Below, in pieces: positions 50,098 through 60,337 of a DNA stretch of 64,000 nt. The notes under the pieces are model-generated. The model did not search any database. It worked only from the letters and a program-made list of their open reading frames with translations, and had not been told where the DNA came from. The position numbers were made by a program, and so were the translations under genes. Source of the DNA: Gammaproteobacteria bacterium (lineage in GTDB: Bacteria > Pseudomonadota > Gammaproteobacteria > Eutrophobiales > Eutrophobiaceae); assembly GCA_965243205.1 (NCBI GenBank), contig CBDEUK010000002.1, positions 768,001-832,000 on the forward strand, given 5' to 3'. Numbering within the stretch: the stretch's first letter is position 1; every line of letters starts with the position of its first letter.

Positions 50098-50829
50098 TTA
50101 TTTACCATAACGCTCAAGTAACTTAAATTCCCATTCTCTCAATGCTACCAGAACACCGATATTAATACGTTTATCAATAGGCAGCTCACTGTCACGTTTT
50201 TGTAATTGGTGAAATTCATCTGATAAGGACTTCATACTTTCTAATAAAATAACTCGTGAATTTTCACTTACTAAGCCAGAAAAAAACATTCGAGGATTAT
50301 CAGTATGATCAAATCCGCCTTTTAAAAATTCACGTTCGATGTTTTTTTCATAAAATTTTTCAATAGGACCATGAGGAATCCAATGAAAGTTTTCAGCCAC
50401 ACGAAGTTTAATACGATTATTGGGTAACAAATCGATGATCTTAATTCGATCAAGTTTAGCTAGACTTTGAATTAACTCAGATTCCTCTACGGAATAATGT
50501 GAAATGATGTCCTGGAATGAAAGATGATTACGTACACAAACAGCAGCAAATAATAATTTTGTATCTGCTACCAACTCCTGCTCTTGTTCAACAGTCAAAT
50601 GAGATATTTTTTTACGTGAATCTTCGTACATATTAAAAAGATCACTCAGTTCCATTTCCAATAAACGACAAATTGCCTCCACTCGATCGATCGTAATGCG
50701 ATTAGCAGAAAACATGCGTTTTACATTGGCCTCGCTCATATCCAATCCAGTGGCAACTTCACCATAGGTCAATTTTTTCTCTTTCAAAGCCAGTTTTAAG
50801 GTGGCAATAAGCCTTTCTGTTCCTTCCAT
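50098..50829 (-). CDS. XRE/Cro-type HTH transcriptional regulator
   Basis: LK..LK...LTY..VA..L.MSE.NVKRMFS; LD....I.LLPNN; W.P.GPI. Confidence 0.85.
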   Translation of the reverse strand: MEGTERLIATLKLALKEKKLTYGEVATGLDMSEANVKRMFSANRITIDRVEAICRLLEMELSDLFNMYEDSRKKISHLTVEQEQELVADTKLLFAAVCVRNHLSFQDIISHYSVEESELIQSLAKLDRIKIIDLLPNNRIKLRVAENFHWIPHGPIEKFYEKNIEREFLKGGFDHTDNPRMFFSGLVSENSRVILLESMKSLSDEFHQLQKRDSELPIDKRINIGVLVALREWEFKLLERYGK

Positions 50830-50843
50830 ACTATCTATCTTAA

Positions 50844-50924
50844 ATCTATAAAGTATATTTTTATTATACTTTATAGATATTTAAATTCTACTTTTTATAT
50901 AAAAGTATCTTTATATTAACTTTT
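50844..50924. promoter_or_regulatory. Operator palindromes between the XRE gene and the pspA-like gene
   Basis: ATCTATAAAGTATA-N7-TATACTTTATAGAT (50844-50878) plus a weaker AAAAGTAT...AACTTTT copy (50901-50924). Confidence 0.65.
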
Positions 50925-50968
50925 AAACAATAGTTACTGGTACTTAAACCCAACATAGGAGAATAGCA

Positions 50969-51625
50969 ATGTCCCTTTTTAAACGATTAAGAACCAGTAT
51001 CTACGCTCAACTTGATGAAATGGTGGGCGAGATTGAAAACCATGATGCACTCATCAAAGCGGCTATCACTGAGCAAAAGAAGAAGTTGGTAGCAGCCAAA
51101 TTACAGTTGGATCGCATCAGAGCCAATGAATCGAAATTACAAAAACAAATTCATGAATTAGAAACGAAAGCCAATCAATGGTCTCAACGAGCCATTAAAG
51201 CTGCAGAGGATGATGAGCAACAAGCCTTAAGTTGTATGCAGCGACATGAAGAAGCATTAGCTCAGATTAGTCACTTAAAAGAATCAAAACAGTCCTATCA
51301 AAACACAGCACATAAGATGTCATCTGATATTAAAGCATGTGAAAGTGAACTCAAAATCATGATTCAAAAACACGACATGATGCGAGCTCGACAAAGTACC
51401 GTTGAAGCTAAAGCCGTGATTGTTGAAAATAATGAAAATACTTTAGAAGAATTGGCGACTAGTTTTGATCGATGGGAACTCAAGCTTGCACAAAATGAAA
51501 TTCATCTTGAAACAGTTGATCCAATTGATGATTTTGAACAAACCTACATTGAAGAAGAAAAACGTGATGAGTTAAAACATAAACTTAAAGAATTATTAGA
51601 AAAAAATAAAGGAGAAACATCATGA
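50969..51625 (+). CDS. PspA/IM30 family protein
   Basis: MSLFKRL amphipathic start, long coiled coils, W...A..A...D...A motif, FDRWE.K. Confidence 0.82.
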   Translation: MSLFKRLRTSIYAQLDEMVGEIENHDALIKAAITEQKKKLVAAKLQLDRIRANESKLQKQIHELETKANQWSQRAIKAAEDDEQQALSCMQRHEEALAQISHLKESKQSYQNTAHKMSSDIKACESELKIMIQKHDMMRARQSTVEAKAVIVENNENTLEELATSFDRWELKLAQNEIHLETVDPIDDFEQTYIEEEKRDELKHKLKELLEKNKGETS

Positions 51626-53028
51626 GTAGCTATCCAGGAACTATAGACTCAGATAATTTTCCTGAGCAAGAAACAAACTCACTAGATGCAGGAGTTGATT
51701 ATCAACACTCCTATACCAACAAATCTGTACAAGATGATAACTCAAAAAAGAATTGGACACTGAGTTTACCAAGTCTGTTACGTGGCATAGGTTCAATTGC
51801 CATTCTAGTTTCACTTTATACGTTTTTGATGAAAGGTTGGGAAGGCAGTAGCGATGTATTTCGTTATCTCATGTTACTTGGACATACTGGTGTCTTATCT
51901 GTTATCGCTTTTGCTAGCGCACGATACTTTAAAGAAGGCAAAGGGCCGCGCTTATTAATCATGCTGTCCTTAATATCTGCTGTGGTAAATTTCGCCATTC
52001 TTGGCGCATTTATTTTTTCTACTACAGCAGATATAAGTCAAATTATAATGCCAGACTATATCGTATGGAGTATGGATGGGTTTTATAACTCTATATTATT
52101 AAGCATTGTATCTATAGCGTTACTTCTACCAATCATAGGTTTTGGGTTCCGTATCCTTGCCAGAGGTATGAGTAGAGAGATGACATTGTTATTTTTAGTC
52201 AGCAATGCATGTTTATTAATCCCTGAACGCAGTCCTGAAATTATGGGTTTAATCGCTGTGGGGTTAGCTTTATTAACCACATTTTTCACTGGCCAATCTG
52301 CACGCAGTCGTATTGAAGCAAAAACATTTGAAGGTAAATTTGTTTTGTTTTTACAATTCTTACCGATCGTAGTGTTATTAGGTCGAAGTTTTTGGTTACA
52401 TTGGTTCTTTCATCAAGAATTAATATTTCTTGCTGCGATATCAACAAGTTTGTTTATTATTTTTCGACAAATTAGTTTGAGTATCACTCCAGGATATATT
52501 ATTCGAGGCCTGTTAGAATTTAGTTCGGCTATTTTATCCATAATAACTGGACTTATCTGTTTAGTGTATTTCATGGACGTTGGTTTAAATGAAGAAGTTG
52601 CATTTATAACAAGCGCATTTATTACTTCTGTTATGTGCTATGAAATTTCATTACGAACTAAGAAAATGAGTAACATTTATCATACGCTTGCAGTTGGTAT
52701 TATTAGTTGGAGTCTTGTCATTAGTTTAATGGAACATGGAACCAGTATCTCAATACTAGCGAATATTGCGACAGGTATTATGTTCCTAGTAATGAGCTAC
52801 AAAGACCAAAGAATATCGCTATTAATAGCTGGATTCATTTTATTAATGATCAGTATTCTTAAACAGAGTATTGAGTTAATGCAGTTTTTTGATTTTGGTT
52901 ATTGGTCGATTCTAGCAATCTCTGGCATTGTAGCAATTGTTTTAGGTTCAGCGCTTGAATCGAAAGGTAAGAATATACTCCAGTATTTAAGCCAACGAAA
53001 AAAAGCATACTCAAATTGGAGTTATTAA
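51622..53028 (+). CDS. Polytopic inner-membrane protein of unknown function
   Basis: About 13-14 hydrophobic segments; ATGA overlap with the pspA-like gene. Confidence 0.78.
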   Translation: MSSYPGTIDSDNFPEQETNSLDAGVDYQHSYTNKSVQDDNSKKNWTLSLPSLLRGIGSIAILVSLYTFLMKGWEGSSDVFRYLMLLGHTGVLSVIAFASARYFKEGKGPRLLIMLSLISAVVNFAILGAFIFSTTADISQIIMPDYIVWSMDGFYNSILLSIVSIALLLPIIGFGFRILARGMSREMTLLFLVSNACLLIPERSPEIMGLIAVGLALLTTFFTGQSARSRIEAKTFEGKFVLFLQFLPIVVLLGRSFWLHWFFHQELIFLAAISTSLFIIFRQISLSITPGYIIRGLLEFSSAILSIITGLICLVYFMDVGLNEEVAFITSAFITSVMCYEISLRTKKMSNIYHTLAVGIISWSLVISLMEHGTSISILANIATGIMFLVMSYKDQRISLLIAGFILLMISILKQSIELMQFFDFGYWSILAISGIVAIVLGSALESKGKNILQYLSQRKKAYSNWSY

Positions 53029-53042
53029 GATAATAATAAATC

Positions 53043-53067
53043 AACGCCCCTTGATTGGGGCGTTTTT
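53043..53067 (+). terminator. Rho-independent terminator
   Basis: AACGCCCC-TTGATT-GGGGCGTTTTT. Confidence 0.8.
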
Positions 53068-53069
53068 AT

Positions 53070-53456
53070 TTATAAGCTTTCTATTAACTGTTTTACTTTT
53101 GTTTCAATATAATCCCTAACTTCCGCAAACTCTTTTTCATCCATGTGTTTAGGATCGGGTATCTGCCAATCTTCTCGATGCATCGCATTAATCATAGGAC
53201 ATTCATCACCACAACCCATAGTGATTGCATATTCGTATTCAATACTAGGAATTTCATCTAATGACTTAGATTCATGCACACTTAAGTCATAACCAACTTC
53301 ACGCATGGATTGAATCGCTTTTGGATTGACAACACCTGAAGGTTTAGAACCACTACTAAAAGCTTTAATAACACCTTGTCCATGCATATTCGCATAGGCT
53401 TCTGCGATTTGGCTACGACAAGAGTTTTCGACACAGACAAATAAGACGTTTTTCAT
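53070..53456 (-). CDS. arsC: Arsenate reductase ArsC / LMW-PTP family
   Basis: CVENSCRSQIAE, MGCGDECP and WQIPDP motifs. Confidence 0.8.
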   Translation of the reverse strand: MKNVLFVCVENSCRSQIAEAYANMHGQGVIKAFSSGSKPSGVVNPKAIQSMREVGYDLSVHESKSLDEIPSIEYEYAITMGCGDECPMINAMHREDWQIPDPKHMDEKEFAEVRDYIETKVKQLIESL

Positions 53457-53468
53457 TTTTATAACTTA

Positions 53469-54938
53469 TTAAATAATTTTTTGATCAAGCAATAAATTCA
53501 CGGTGAAACGAACACCAAAACCAGTTGTATTCGTTGGAACATGTCCTAACCCACCTTTGTTTTCTCCACTCGATAAATCAACATGGATCCAAGGCGTGTC
53601 ATGTTTTACAAATCGTTGTAAGAACCTTGACGCCATAATGTGATCAGCATTACCTTCTAAAGCACATTGTTTTACATCTGCAATGTCACTTTTAATCCCT
53701 TCATCATAATCTTCATCAATAGGAAATGGCCATACACGTTCGCCACTATCACGTCCCGCCTGAATTAAAGTATGAATATAGTCGTCTTGATTAGTAAACA
53801 CACCACTATAAGCCGTACCCAAGGAATAGACACAAGCACCTGTCAATGTTGCATAGTCTATGATCAATCCTGGTTTAGTGTTTGAAGCCATCACTAAAGT
53901 GTCGGATAACACCATGCGTCCTTCAGCATCGGTATGTACCACTTCAATATTCGTTCCATCACAAGCAGTCACAACATCGTTCGGCTTATAGGCTTTAGGG
54001 CCGATATGATTCATGGCAACTGCAAGCCAACATTCCATTGGAAATTTCACATTAAGTTTAGACAAGGTTAAAAACGTACCTAATGCAACAGAACTGCCTT
54101 GCATATCTTCATGCATACCAAACATGTATTTTGCTGGCTTTAGATTCGTTCCTCCAGTGTCGTAACAGATTCCTTTACCAACTAAGATCACTTTTTTACC
54201 TTTTGGTTTAGTTGGTTGATACTTTAAACGAATAATACCTGCATCTGCGACAGGACTACCTTGAGCGACAGCTAAAAAGGCCCCTGCTTTTTTCTTTTTT
54301 AATTCAGGTATGCCGTAAAATTCAAGTTTGAATTTATTTTCTTTGGCAATCACTTTTACACGTTTTAAATATTCACCTGGTGTTAATACGTTAGGCGGTA
54401 ACATACTTAAATGACGCGCAATCTCATTACCTTCAGCTTCAGCTATAGTGCGTTTATAACCATGACGCACTGATAATCCGTATATCTTTGCCGATTTAAT
54501 CGACTTGTGATTCGACTTCTCTTTTTTATACTCAGGCATTTTCGCATTAGAAGTAGCGATAGCAGCAATTAATGCTTCTATTATTCTTTCCGCTTGTTCA
54601 TCATTAAAACCATAAGTACATAGTGCGATCGTAGAAGGTTTGAATTCTAAATGTGAGCTGAGTAACTTACGTGCTACGGTCAGTAATTCAAATTGACTGA
54701 TCGTTTCACTGATATTGGATTGTGTTAAATGGCTGTGTTTTGTATTCGGTAAATCCAATGTAACCACTTGTTGATTATCCGATTTAATATCAAGCTCTTT
54801 TCTACGCGCTTTAAGCGCTGTGTTATACGCAAAATCATTCGCTGTTTTATCTTGATTGATAACGACAATCCAATGCGCATAGCGGTCTACATTAGATTGA
54901 TTAGGAGATTGTTTTGTTTGTTGAATACTTAATGTCAT
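53469..54938 (-). CDS. Leucyl aminopeptidase family (M17)
   Basis: VGKGICYDTGG, M.EDM.G, HTDAEGR..L.D, ATLTG and W.H.D motifs. Confidence 0.9.
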   Translation of the reverse strand: MTLSIQQTKQSPNQSNVDRYAHWIVVINQDKTANDFAYNTALKARRKELDIKSDNQQVVTLDLPNTKHSHLTQSNISETISQFELLTVARKLLSSHLEFKPSTIALCTYGFNDEQAERIIEALIAAIATSNAKMPEYKKEKSNHKSIKSAKIYGLSVRHGYKRTIAEAEGNEIARHLSMLPPNVLTPGEYLKRVKVIAKENKFKLEFYGIPELKKKKAGAFLAVAQGSPVADAGIIRLKYQPTKPKGKKVILVGKGICYDTGGTNLKPAKYMFGMHEDMQGSSVALGTFLTLSKLNVKFPMECWLAVAMNHIGPKAYKPNDVVTACDGTNIEVVHTDAEGRMVLSDTLVMASNTKPGLIIDYATLTGACVYSLGTAYSGVFTNQDDYIHTLIQAGRDSGERVWPFPIDEDYDEGIKSDIADVKQCALEGNADHIMASRFLQRFVKHDTPWIHVDLSSGENKGGLGHVPTNTTGFGVRFTVNLLLDQKII

Positions 54939-54981
54939 GGCGGCTGTTAATTCCTGAACTATACTATTAATAATAAATACG

Positions 54982-54998
54982 TTGGCATCATTCGTGCA
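54982..54998 (+). promoter_or_regulatory. Candidate sigma54 promoter upstream of aceE
   Basis: TTGGCATCATTCGTGCA with GG-N10-GC spacing. Confidence 0.4.
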
Positions 54999-55097
54999 TT
55001 TTGGCTTAAGCGATTTTAATTCGGCTAAAGATTACAGCATTGTATTTTGTATCTTTAACTTTTTCATGCAGTTTATGTCATAGGCGAGTGGAACTAT

Positions 55098-57758
55098 ATG
55101 ACCGAGACAAAACACGATACGGATCCTCAAGAGACCAAAGAATGGCTTGAAGCTCTGGAATCAGTGATAGAAAACGATGGACTGGACCGTGCTCACTATA
55201 TTATTGAGTCATTGGTAAATAACGCACGTAAAGCTGGTGCATATCTGCCCTATTCTGCGAATACAGCTTATATCAATACCATTCCTCCACATAAAGAAGA
55301 ACCTTCTCCTGGTGATGCTGCGATTGAATGGCGAGTACGTTCTTACGTACGTTGGAATGCCATGGCAATGGTCGTTAAAGCCAATCGTATCAGTAGTGAA
55401 CTGGGTGGTCATATTGCCAGTTTTGCATCTTCCGCTACATTATATGATGTCGGCTTTAATCATTTTTTTCATGCACCTGATGAAAATCATGGTGGTGATT
55501 TGTTATACATACAAGGGCATTGCGCACCTGGTATCTATTCCAGAGCATTTTTAACTGGACGACTTAGCGAAGAACAACTCAATAATTTTCGTCAAGAAGT
55601 GGATGGTAATGGTTTAAGTTCCTATCCTCATCCTTGGCTCATGCCTGACTATTGGCAATTTCCTACCGTATCCATGGGGCTTGGGCCACTAATGGCCATC
55701 TATCAAGCTCGCTTCATGCGCTACTTACAACATCGAAACTTGATCGAAGAAAAAGGTAATCGAAAAGTTTGGGCATTCATGGGTGATGGAGAAATGGATG
55801 AACCAGAATCCCTAGGCGCAATTAGCCTAGCCGCAAGAGAAAACTTAGATAATTTAATTTTTGTCATTAACTGTAACTTGCAACGATTAGATGGCCCAGT
55901 TCGCGGTAATGGAAAAATTATTCAAGAATTAGAAGCCGTATTTCGTGGTGCAGGTTGGAACGTTATAAAAGTTGTTTGGGGTTCTTATTGGGATCCATTG
56001 CTAGCACGCGATACCAAAGGTTTATTACAAAAACGTATGGAAGAATGTGTGGATGGTGAATTCCAAGCGTATAAAGCCAAAGATGGCGCTTATGTCAGAG
56101 AACATTTTTTTGGTAAATATCCTGAACTGAAAGCCATGGTCGCCAATATGAGTGACGAAGACATCTGGCGTTTGAATCGTGGTGGTCATGATCCACATAA
56201 AGTCTATGCAGCTTACTCTGCCGCAATGAAACATACTGGCCAACCAACCGTTATATTAGTTAAAACCGTCAAAGGTTATGGGATGGGTGAAGCTGGTGAA
56301 GGACAAAACATCACTCATCAACAAAAGAAATTAGGTGAAGATTCGCTTAAACATTTTCGTGATCGTTTTAATATTCCAATTAGCGATGAAGAAATTAACG
56401 ACGCACCATTTTTTAAACCTGCTGATGACAGTGAAGAGATTCAGTACTTAAAGAAACAACGTGAAAAATTGGGTGGTTACTTTTTTAAAGAAAGAACACC
56501 TCCTACTCAGTTAGCGATCCCAGATATTTCTATCCATAATAAATTATTAGAAGGTACTGGTGAGAGAACCATCTCTACGACGATGGCGTTCGTTAGAATA
56601 CTTAATGCCTTAATCAAAGATAAAGCCATTGGTAAGCACATTGTTCCTATCGTGCCTGATGAAGCGAGAACTTTTGGTATGGAAGGCATGTTCCGTCAAT
56701 TAGGTATCTATTCTTCCATGGGTCAGTTGTACGAACCAATGGATTCTGATCAAGTGATGTATTATCGCGAAGAAAAGGATGGGCAGATATTAGAAGAAGG
56801 TATCAATGAAGCTGGTGCGTTTTCTTCTTGGATTGCTGCTGCTACTGCATATCGTAATCATCATATTCAGATGATCCCTTTTTATATCTATTACTCAATG
56901 TTCGGCTTTCAACGTATTGGCGACTTAGCATGGGCTGCGGGTGACATGCGGGCACGTGGCTTTTTATTAGGCGGAACGGCAGGTCGAACGACGTTAGCTG
57001 GCGAAGGTTTGCAACACCAAGATGGACATGGACATATTTTAGCTTCAACCATACCGAACTGTATTTCTTATGATCCTACATTTGCTTATGAGCTCGCAGT
57101 GATCATTCAAGATGGTTTAAAACGTATGTATGTAGACGAAGAAAGTGTGTTTTATTACATCGCAGTTATGAATGAAAACTACGAACACCCTGCTATGCCT
57201 GAAGGTTGTAAAGAAGGCATTATTAAAGGTATGTATCCGTTTAAACAAGGTGAAGCATCGGATAGAAAAGTTCAGTTACTTGGTAGCGGTACCATTTTGC
57301 GCGAAGTGATTGCCGCAGCTGAATTATTAAAACAAGATTTTGATGTAGATGCTGATATATGGAGTGTTACCAGTTTTAATGAATTACGCCGAGAAGGTTT
57401 GGATATAAATCGTCATAACTTATTGAATCCGAATCAAGAAGCAAAAACATCTTACGTAGAGCAATGTTTAGCGAATACTCAAGGACCTGTTATTGCTGCT
57501 ACGGATTATATGAAAATATACGCTGACCAAATACGAGAATTTATACCTAAAGATTATATTGTATTAGGAACAGACGGTTTTGGTCGCAGTGATACTCGTG
57601 AACAATTACGTAAACATTTTGAAGTAAATCGTTTTTATATTTGTATCGCTGCATTAAAAGCGTTAGTCGATGAAGGAACACTATCAAGTGATATCGTCGA
57701 TAAGGCTATTGCTCAATATGATATTGATCCGAATAAACCGAATCCTGCGATTAGTTAA
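55098..57758 (+). CDS. aceE: Pyruvate dehydrogenase E1 component (homodimeric)
   Basis: LGGHIASF, QFPTVSMGLGP, GDGEMDEPES and GEGLQHQDGH motifs. Confidence 0.97.
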   Translation: MTETKHDTDPQETKEWLEALESVIENDGLDRAHYIIESLVNNARKAGAYLPYSANTAYINTIPPHKEEPSPGDAAIEWRVRSYVRWNAMAMVVKANRISSELGGHIASFASSATLYDVGFNHFFHAPDENHGGDLLYIQGHCAPGIYSRAFLTGRLSEEQLNNFRQEVDGNGLSSYPHPWLMPDYWQFPTVSMGLGPLMAIYQARFMRYLQHRNLIEEKGNRKVWAFMGDGEMDEPESLGAISLAARENLDNLIFVINCNLQRLDGPVRGNGKIIQELEAVFRGAGWNVIKVVWGSYWDPLLARDTKGLLQKRMEECVDGEFQAYKAKDGAYVREHFFGKYPELKAMVANMSDEDIWRLNRGGHDPHKVYAAYSAAMKHTGQPTVILVKTVKGYGMGEAGEGQNITHQQKKLGEDSLKHFRDRFNIPISDEEINDAPFFKPADDSEEIQYLKKQREKLGGYFFKERTPPTQLAIPDISIHNKLLEGTGERTISTTMAFVRILNALIKDKAIGKHIVPIVPDEARTFGMEGMFRQLGIYSSMGQLYEPMDSDQVMYYREEKDGQILEEGINEAGAFSSWIAAATAYRNHHIQMIPFYIYYSMFGFQRIGDLAWAAGDMRARGFLLGGTAGRTTLAGEGLQHQDGHGHILASTIPNCISYDPTFAYELAVIIQDGLKRMYVDEESVFYYIAVMNENYEHPAMPEGCKEGIIKGMYPFKQGEASDRKVQLLGSGTILREVIAAAELLKQDFDVDADIWSVTSFNELRREGLDINRHNLLNPNQEAKTSYVEQCLANTQGPVIAATDYMKIYADQIREFIPKDYIVLGTDGFGRSDTREQLRKHFEVNRFYICIAALKALVDEGTLSSDIVDKAIAQYDIDPNKPNPAIS

Positions 57759-57760
57759 TC

Positions 57761-59359
57761 ATGAGTCAAAAAGAAATCTTACTTCCCGACATCGGTGACT
57801 TCGATACAGTTGAAGTGATAGAACTTGCTGTTGACGCAGGTGACCTAGTTGAAAAAGAATCTACTTTAATCACTTTAGAAAGTGATAAAGCTTCTATGGA
57901 TATTCCTTCACCTGTAGCCGGTAAAATTATTGAATTTAAGATTGCTGTCGGTGACATGGTTAGTAAAGATCAATTGATCGCAATTATTGATGAATCTGAT
58001 AGTCAAACATCTGAAACAGAAGTTGAAGCCGCATCTGTTGAAACAAAAGCAACAGAAGAAACAGCCACGGTATCTGAAACTTCTCAACAAGAAATCTTAC
58101 TACCTGATGTTGGTGATTTCGATTCGGTAGAAGTAATAGAACTTGCTTTTTCCGCTGGCGATACAATTGAAAAAGAAGCTACTTTGCTGACTTTAGAAAG
58201 TGATAAAGCTTCGATGGATATTCCATCACCTTATAGTGGTACTTTGCTTGAATTTAAAGTGAATGTTGGTGATATGGTCAGTAAAGATCAACTGATTGCG
58301 ATTATTGAAATACAAGATACAAATACAACTGAAAAGAAAATTGAATCAAAACCTGAGCCTGAACCAGTTGAAACTAAATCTATTGAACAGCAAGTTCCAC
58401 CAAAACCTCCTGAAACACCAAAAACAGCAGAAACTGTTGGCACCAGTCAATCATCAAAAGCCTATACAAGCCCATCTGTTCGACGTTTAGCCAGAGAACT
58501 TGGTGTTGATTTAGGTTTAGTTCGAGGAACTGGACGTAAAAACAGAATTTTAAAAGAAGATGTAAAAGCCTTTACTAAATCTGTGATGTCGAGCGATCGA
58601 GTCTTTGATAAAGGTAGCGGTTTTCAATTACCTGAAATACCACCTGTGGATTTTTCTAAATTCGGTGAAACCGAAAATAAACCACTAACCCGCCTCAAAC
58701 GCATCGCTGGACAAAACTTACATCGTAGTTGGATTACTGTTCCTCATGTTACTCAATTCGATGAAGCCGATATTACTGAGTTAGAAGCTTTTAGAAAATC
58801 CAAACTAAGTGAAGCCGAAAAAGAAGGCGCAAAATTGACCTTAGTAGCCTTTTTATTAAAAGCTGTTGTTGTGTCATTAATAAAATATCCAGAATTTAAT
58901 TCTTCATTAAGTCCTAATGGCGAAGAGTTAATTCTAAAAAAATATTTTAATATCGGCGTTGCTGTTAATACTGACGAAGGCTTAATGGTGCCAGTTGTTA
59001 AAGATGTTGATAAAAAAGGCTTATACGATCTTGCAAAAGAAATTAAAGAGCTTAGTGATAAAGCACGTACAAAATCATTAAAACCAGATCAAATGCAAGG
59101 TGGTTGTTTTACAATCTCTTCTCTAGGAGGCATTGGAGGTACATCTTTTACACCTATCGTTAACACGCCCGAAGTTGCCATATTAGGTATTTCACGTTCA
59201 GTCATGAAACCTGTTTATAAAGATGGTGAATTTATGCCACGTTTAATCATGCCTTTTTCTTTATCGTATGATCATAGAGTTATCGATGGTGTAGCAGGCG
59301 CAATGTTCACTCAATACCTCAGTAAGGTCTTAAGCGATATTCGACATATCTTATTATAG
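57761..59359 (+). CDS. aceF: Dihydrolipoamide acetyltransferase E2 (two lipoyl domains)
   Basis: LESDKASMDIPSP twice; SPSVRRLARELGV; DHRVIDG. Confidence 0.96.
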   Translation: MSQKEILLPDIGDFDTVEVIELAVDAGDLVEKESTLITLESDKASMDIPSPVAGKIIEFKIAVGDMVSKDQLIAIIDESDSQTSETEVEAASVETKATEETATVSETSQQEILLPDVGDFDSVEVIELAFSAGDTIEKEATLLTLESDKASMDIPSPYSGTLLEFKVNVGDMVSKDQLIAIIEIQDTNTTEKKIESKPEPEPVETKSIEQQVPPKPPETPKTAETVGTSQSSKAYTSPSVRRLARELGVDLGLVRGTGRKNRILKEDVKAFTKSVMSSDRVFDKGSGFQLPEIPPVDFSKFGETENKPLTRLKRIAGQNLHRSWITVPHVTQFDEADITELEAFRKSKLSEAEKEGAKLTLVAFLLKAVVVSLIKYPEFNSSLSPNGEELILKKYFNIGVAVNTDEGLMVPVVKDVDKKGLYDLAKEIKELSDKARTKSLKPDQMQGGCFTISSLGGIGGTSFTPIVNTPEVAILGISRSVMKPVYKDGEFMPRLIMPFSLSYDHRVIDGVAGAMFTQYLSKVLSDIRHILL

Positions 59360-59419
59360 CCATCCTATTACGCTATAAATCTTTGAAGCTTTTTCGGTTG
59401 TTCGGTATATTTTCATTAT

Positions 59420-59836
59420 ATGAATCTATCTCCTATCAAAGCTCGTTTCGCTATAAATGTCATAGAAAATTCTGCCAATAAGATTTTATTAATTAAACGT
59501 TATCCAGGAGCTAAGATGCAGCCTGAACGATGGGGTTTTCCTGCTGGACATATTGAAGAGGGTGAAACACCAGAACAATGTGCTGAACGTGAACGATTAG
59601 AAGAAATAGGCAAGGAACATGATGTGCGTTTAATCAAATATTTTGGTCCAGTGAGAGATACTTTTTATGGTGGAATTTATGAACTGTATTTATTTCATCA
59701 ACAATGGCTAAACGGAAACATTCATCTCAATCATGAACATACTGATTATGCATGGGTCGATCGTGATGAATACAAATCCTATCCTATTATGGATGGTATT
59801 GATGAGGATTTAATTTATTTAAATATTTGGCAATGA
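59420..59836 (+). CDS. NUDIX hydrolase
   Basis: GHIEEGETPEQCAERERLEEIG Nudix box. Confidence 0.88.
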   Translation: MNLSPIKARFAINVIENSANKILLIKRYPGAKMQPERWGFPAGHIEEGETPEQCAERERLEEIGKEHDVRLIKYFGPVRDTFYGGIYELYLFHQQWLNGNIHLNHEHTDYAWVDRDEYKSYPIMDGIDEDLIYLNIWQ

Positions 59837-59842
59837 TTGGGT

Positions 59843-60265
59843 TTAAAGTTCGTCAGTATTAAACTCTTTAATTTGTTCAATAAAATTACTCGCCAAATTC
59901 ACTTTATGATGCTCTTTAAAATTATGCAGGAATTGATTAAATTCTAAAATTCTATCAAAACGTGTTTCTTCCAGAGGTAATAACCGCATAGACCAGTGAG
60001 GGAAATTACGTTTAATTGAAAACTCTTCAAATAATAAAATAATCTTCTCATGCCGTTCATCATTTTTAATGATGGTATAGAGACTTTTTACTTTATTACT
60101 ATCTCCTTCAATCACTTGTATAAAAACACCAAGACCATAAAATAAAACACTGGTAATATCTCTGTCGTGATTGCTTTTACGGCATTTGATTGAGAACTCG
60201 AGTAACTCTGAATCCGTAAACTCATAATTGATTTCACTTAAATAGGCTAATCGAAAAGTATCCAT
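59843..60265 (-). CDS. Stand-alone BLUF-domain flavoprotein
   Basis: Y.S, N....IT..L, FIQVIEG, I..D.RH and R.FP.WSM motifs. Confidence 0.85.
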   Translation of the reverse strand: MDTFRLAYLSEINYEFTDSELLEFSIKCRKSNHDRDITSVLFYGLGVFIQVIEGDSNKVKSLYTIIKNDERHEKIILLFEEFSIKRNFPHWSMRLLPLEETRFDRILEFNQFLHNFKEHHKVNLASNFIEQIKEFNTDEL

Positions 60266-60337
60266 GTTTAACTATAAAAATCTTATCTTTATAACTAACT
60301 GACAAGTCTAAAACAAAAAGTTTCATACTCAAAATAT

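Noticed and set aside
53070-53456. Arsenic resistance island
   Set aside because: The arsC-like gene is alone, with no arsR, arsB or acr3 nearby.
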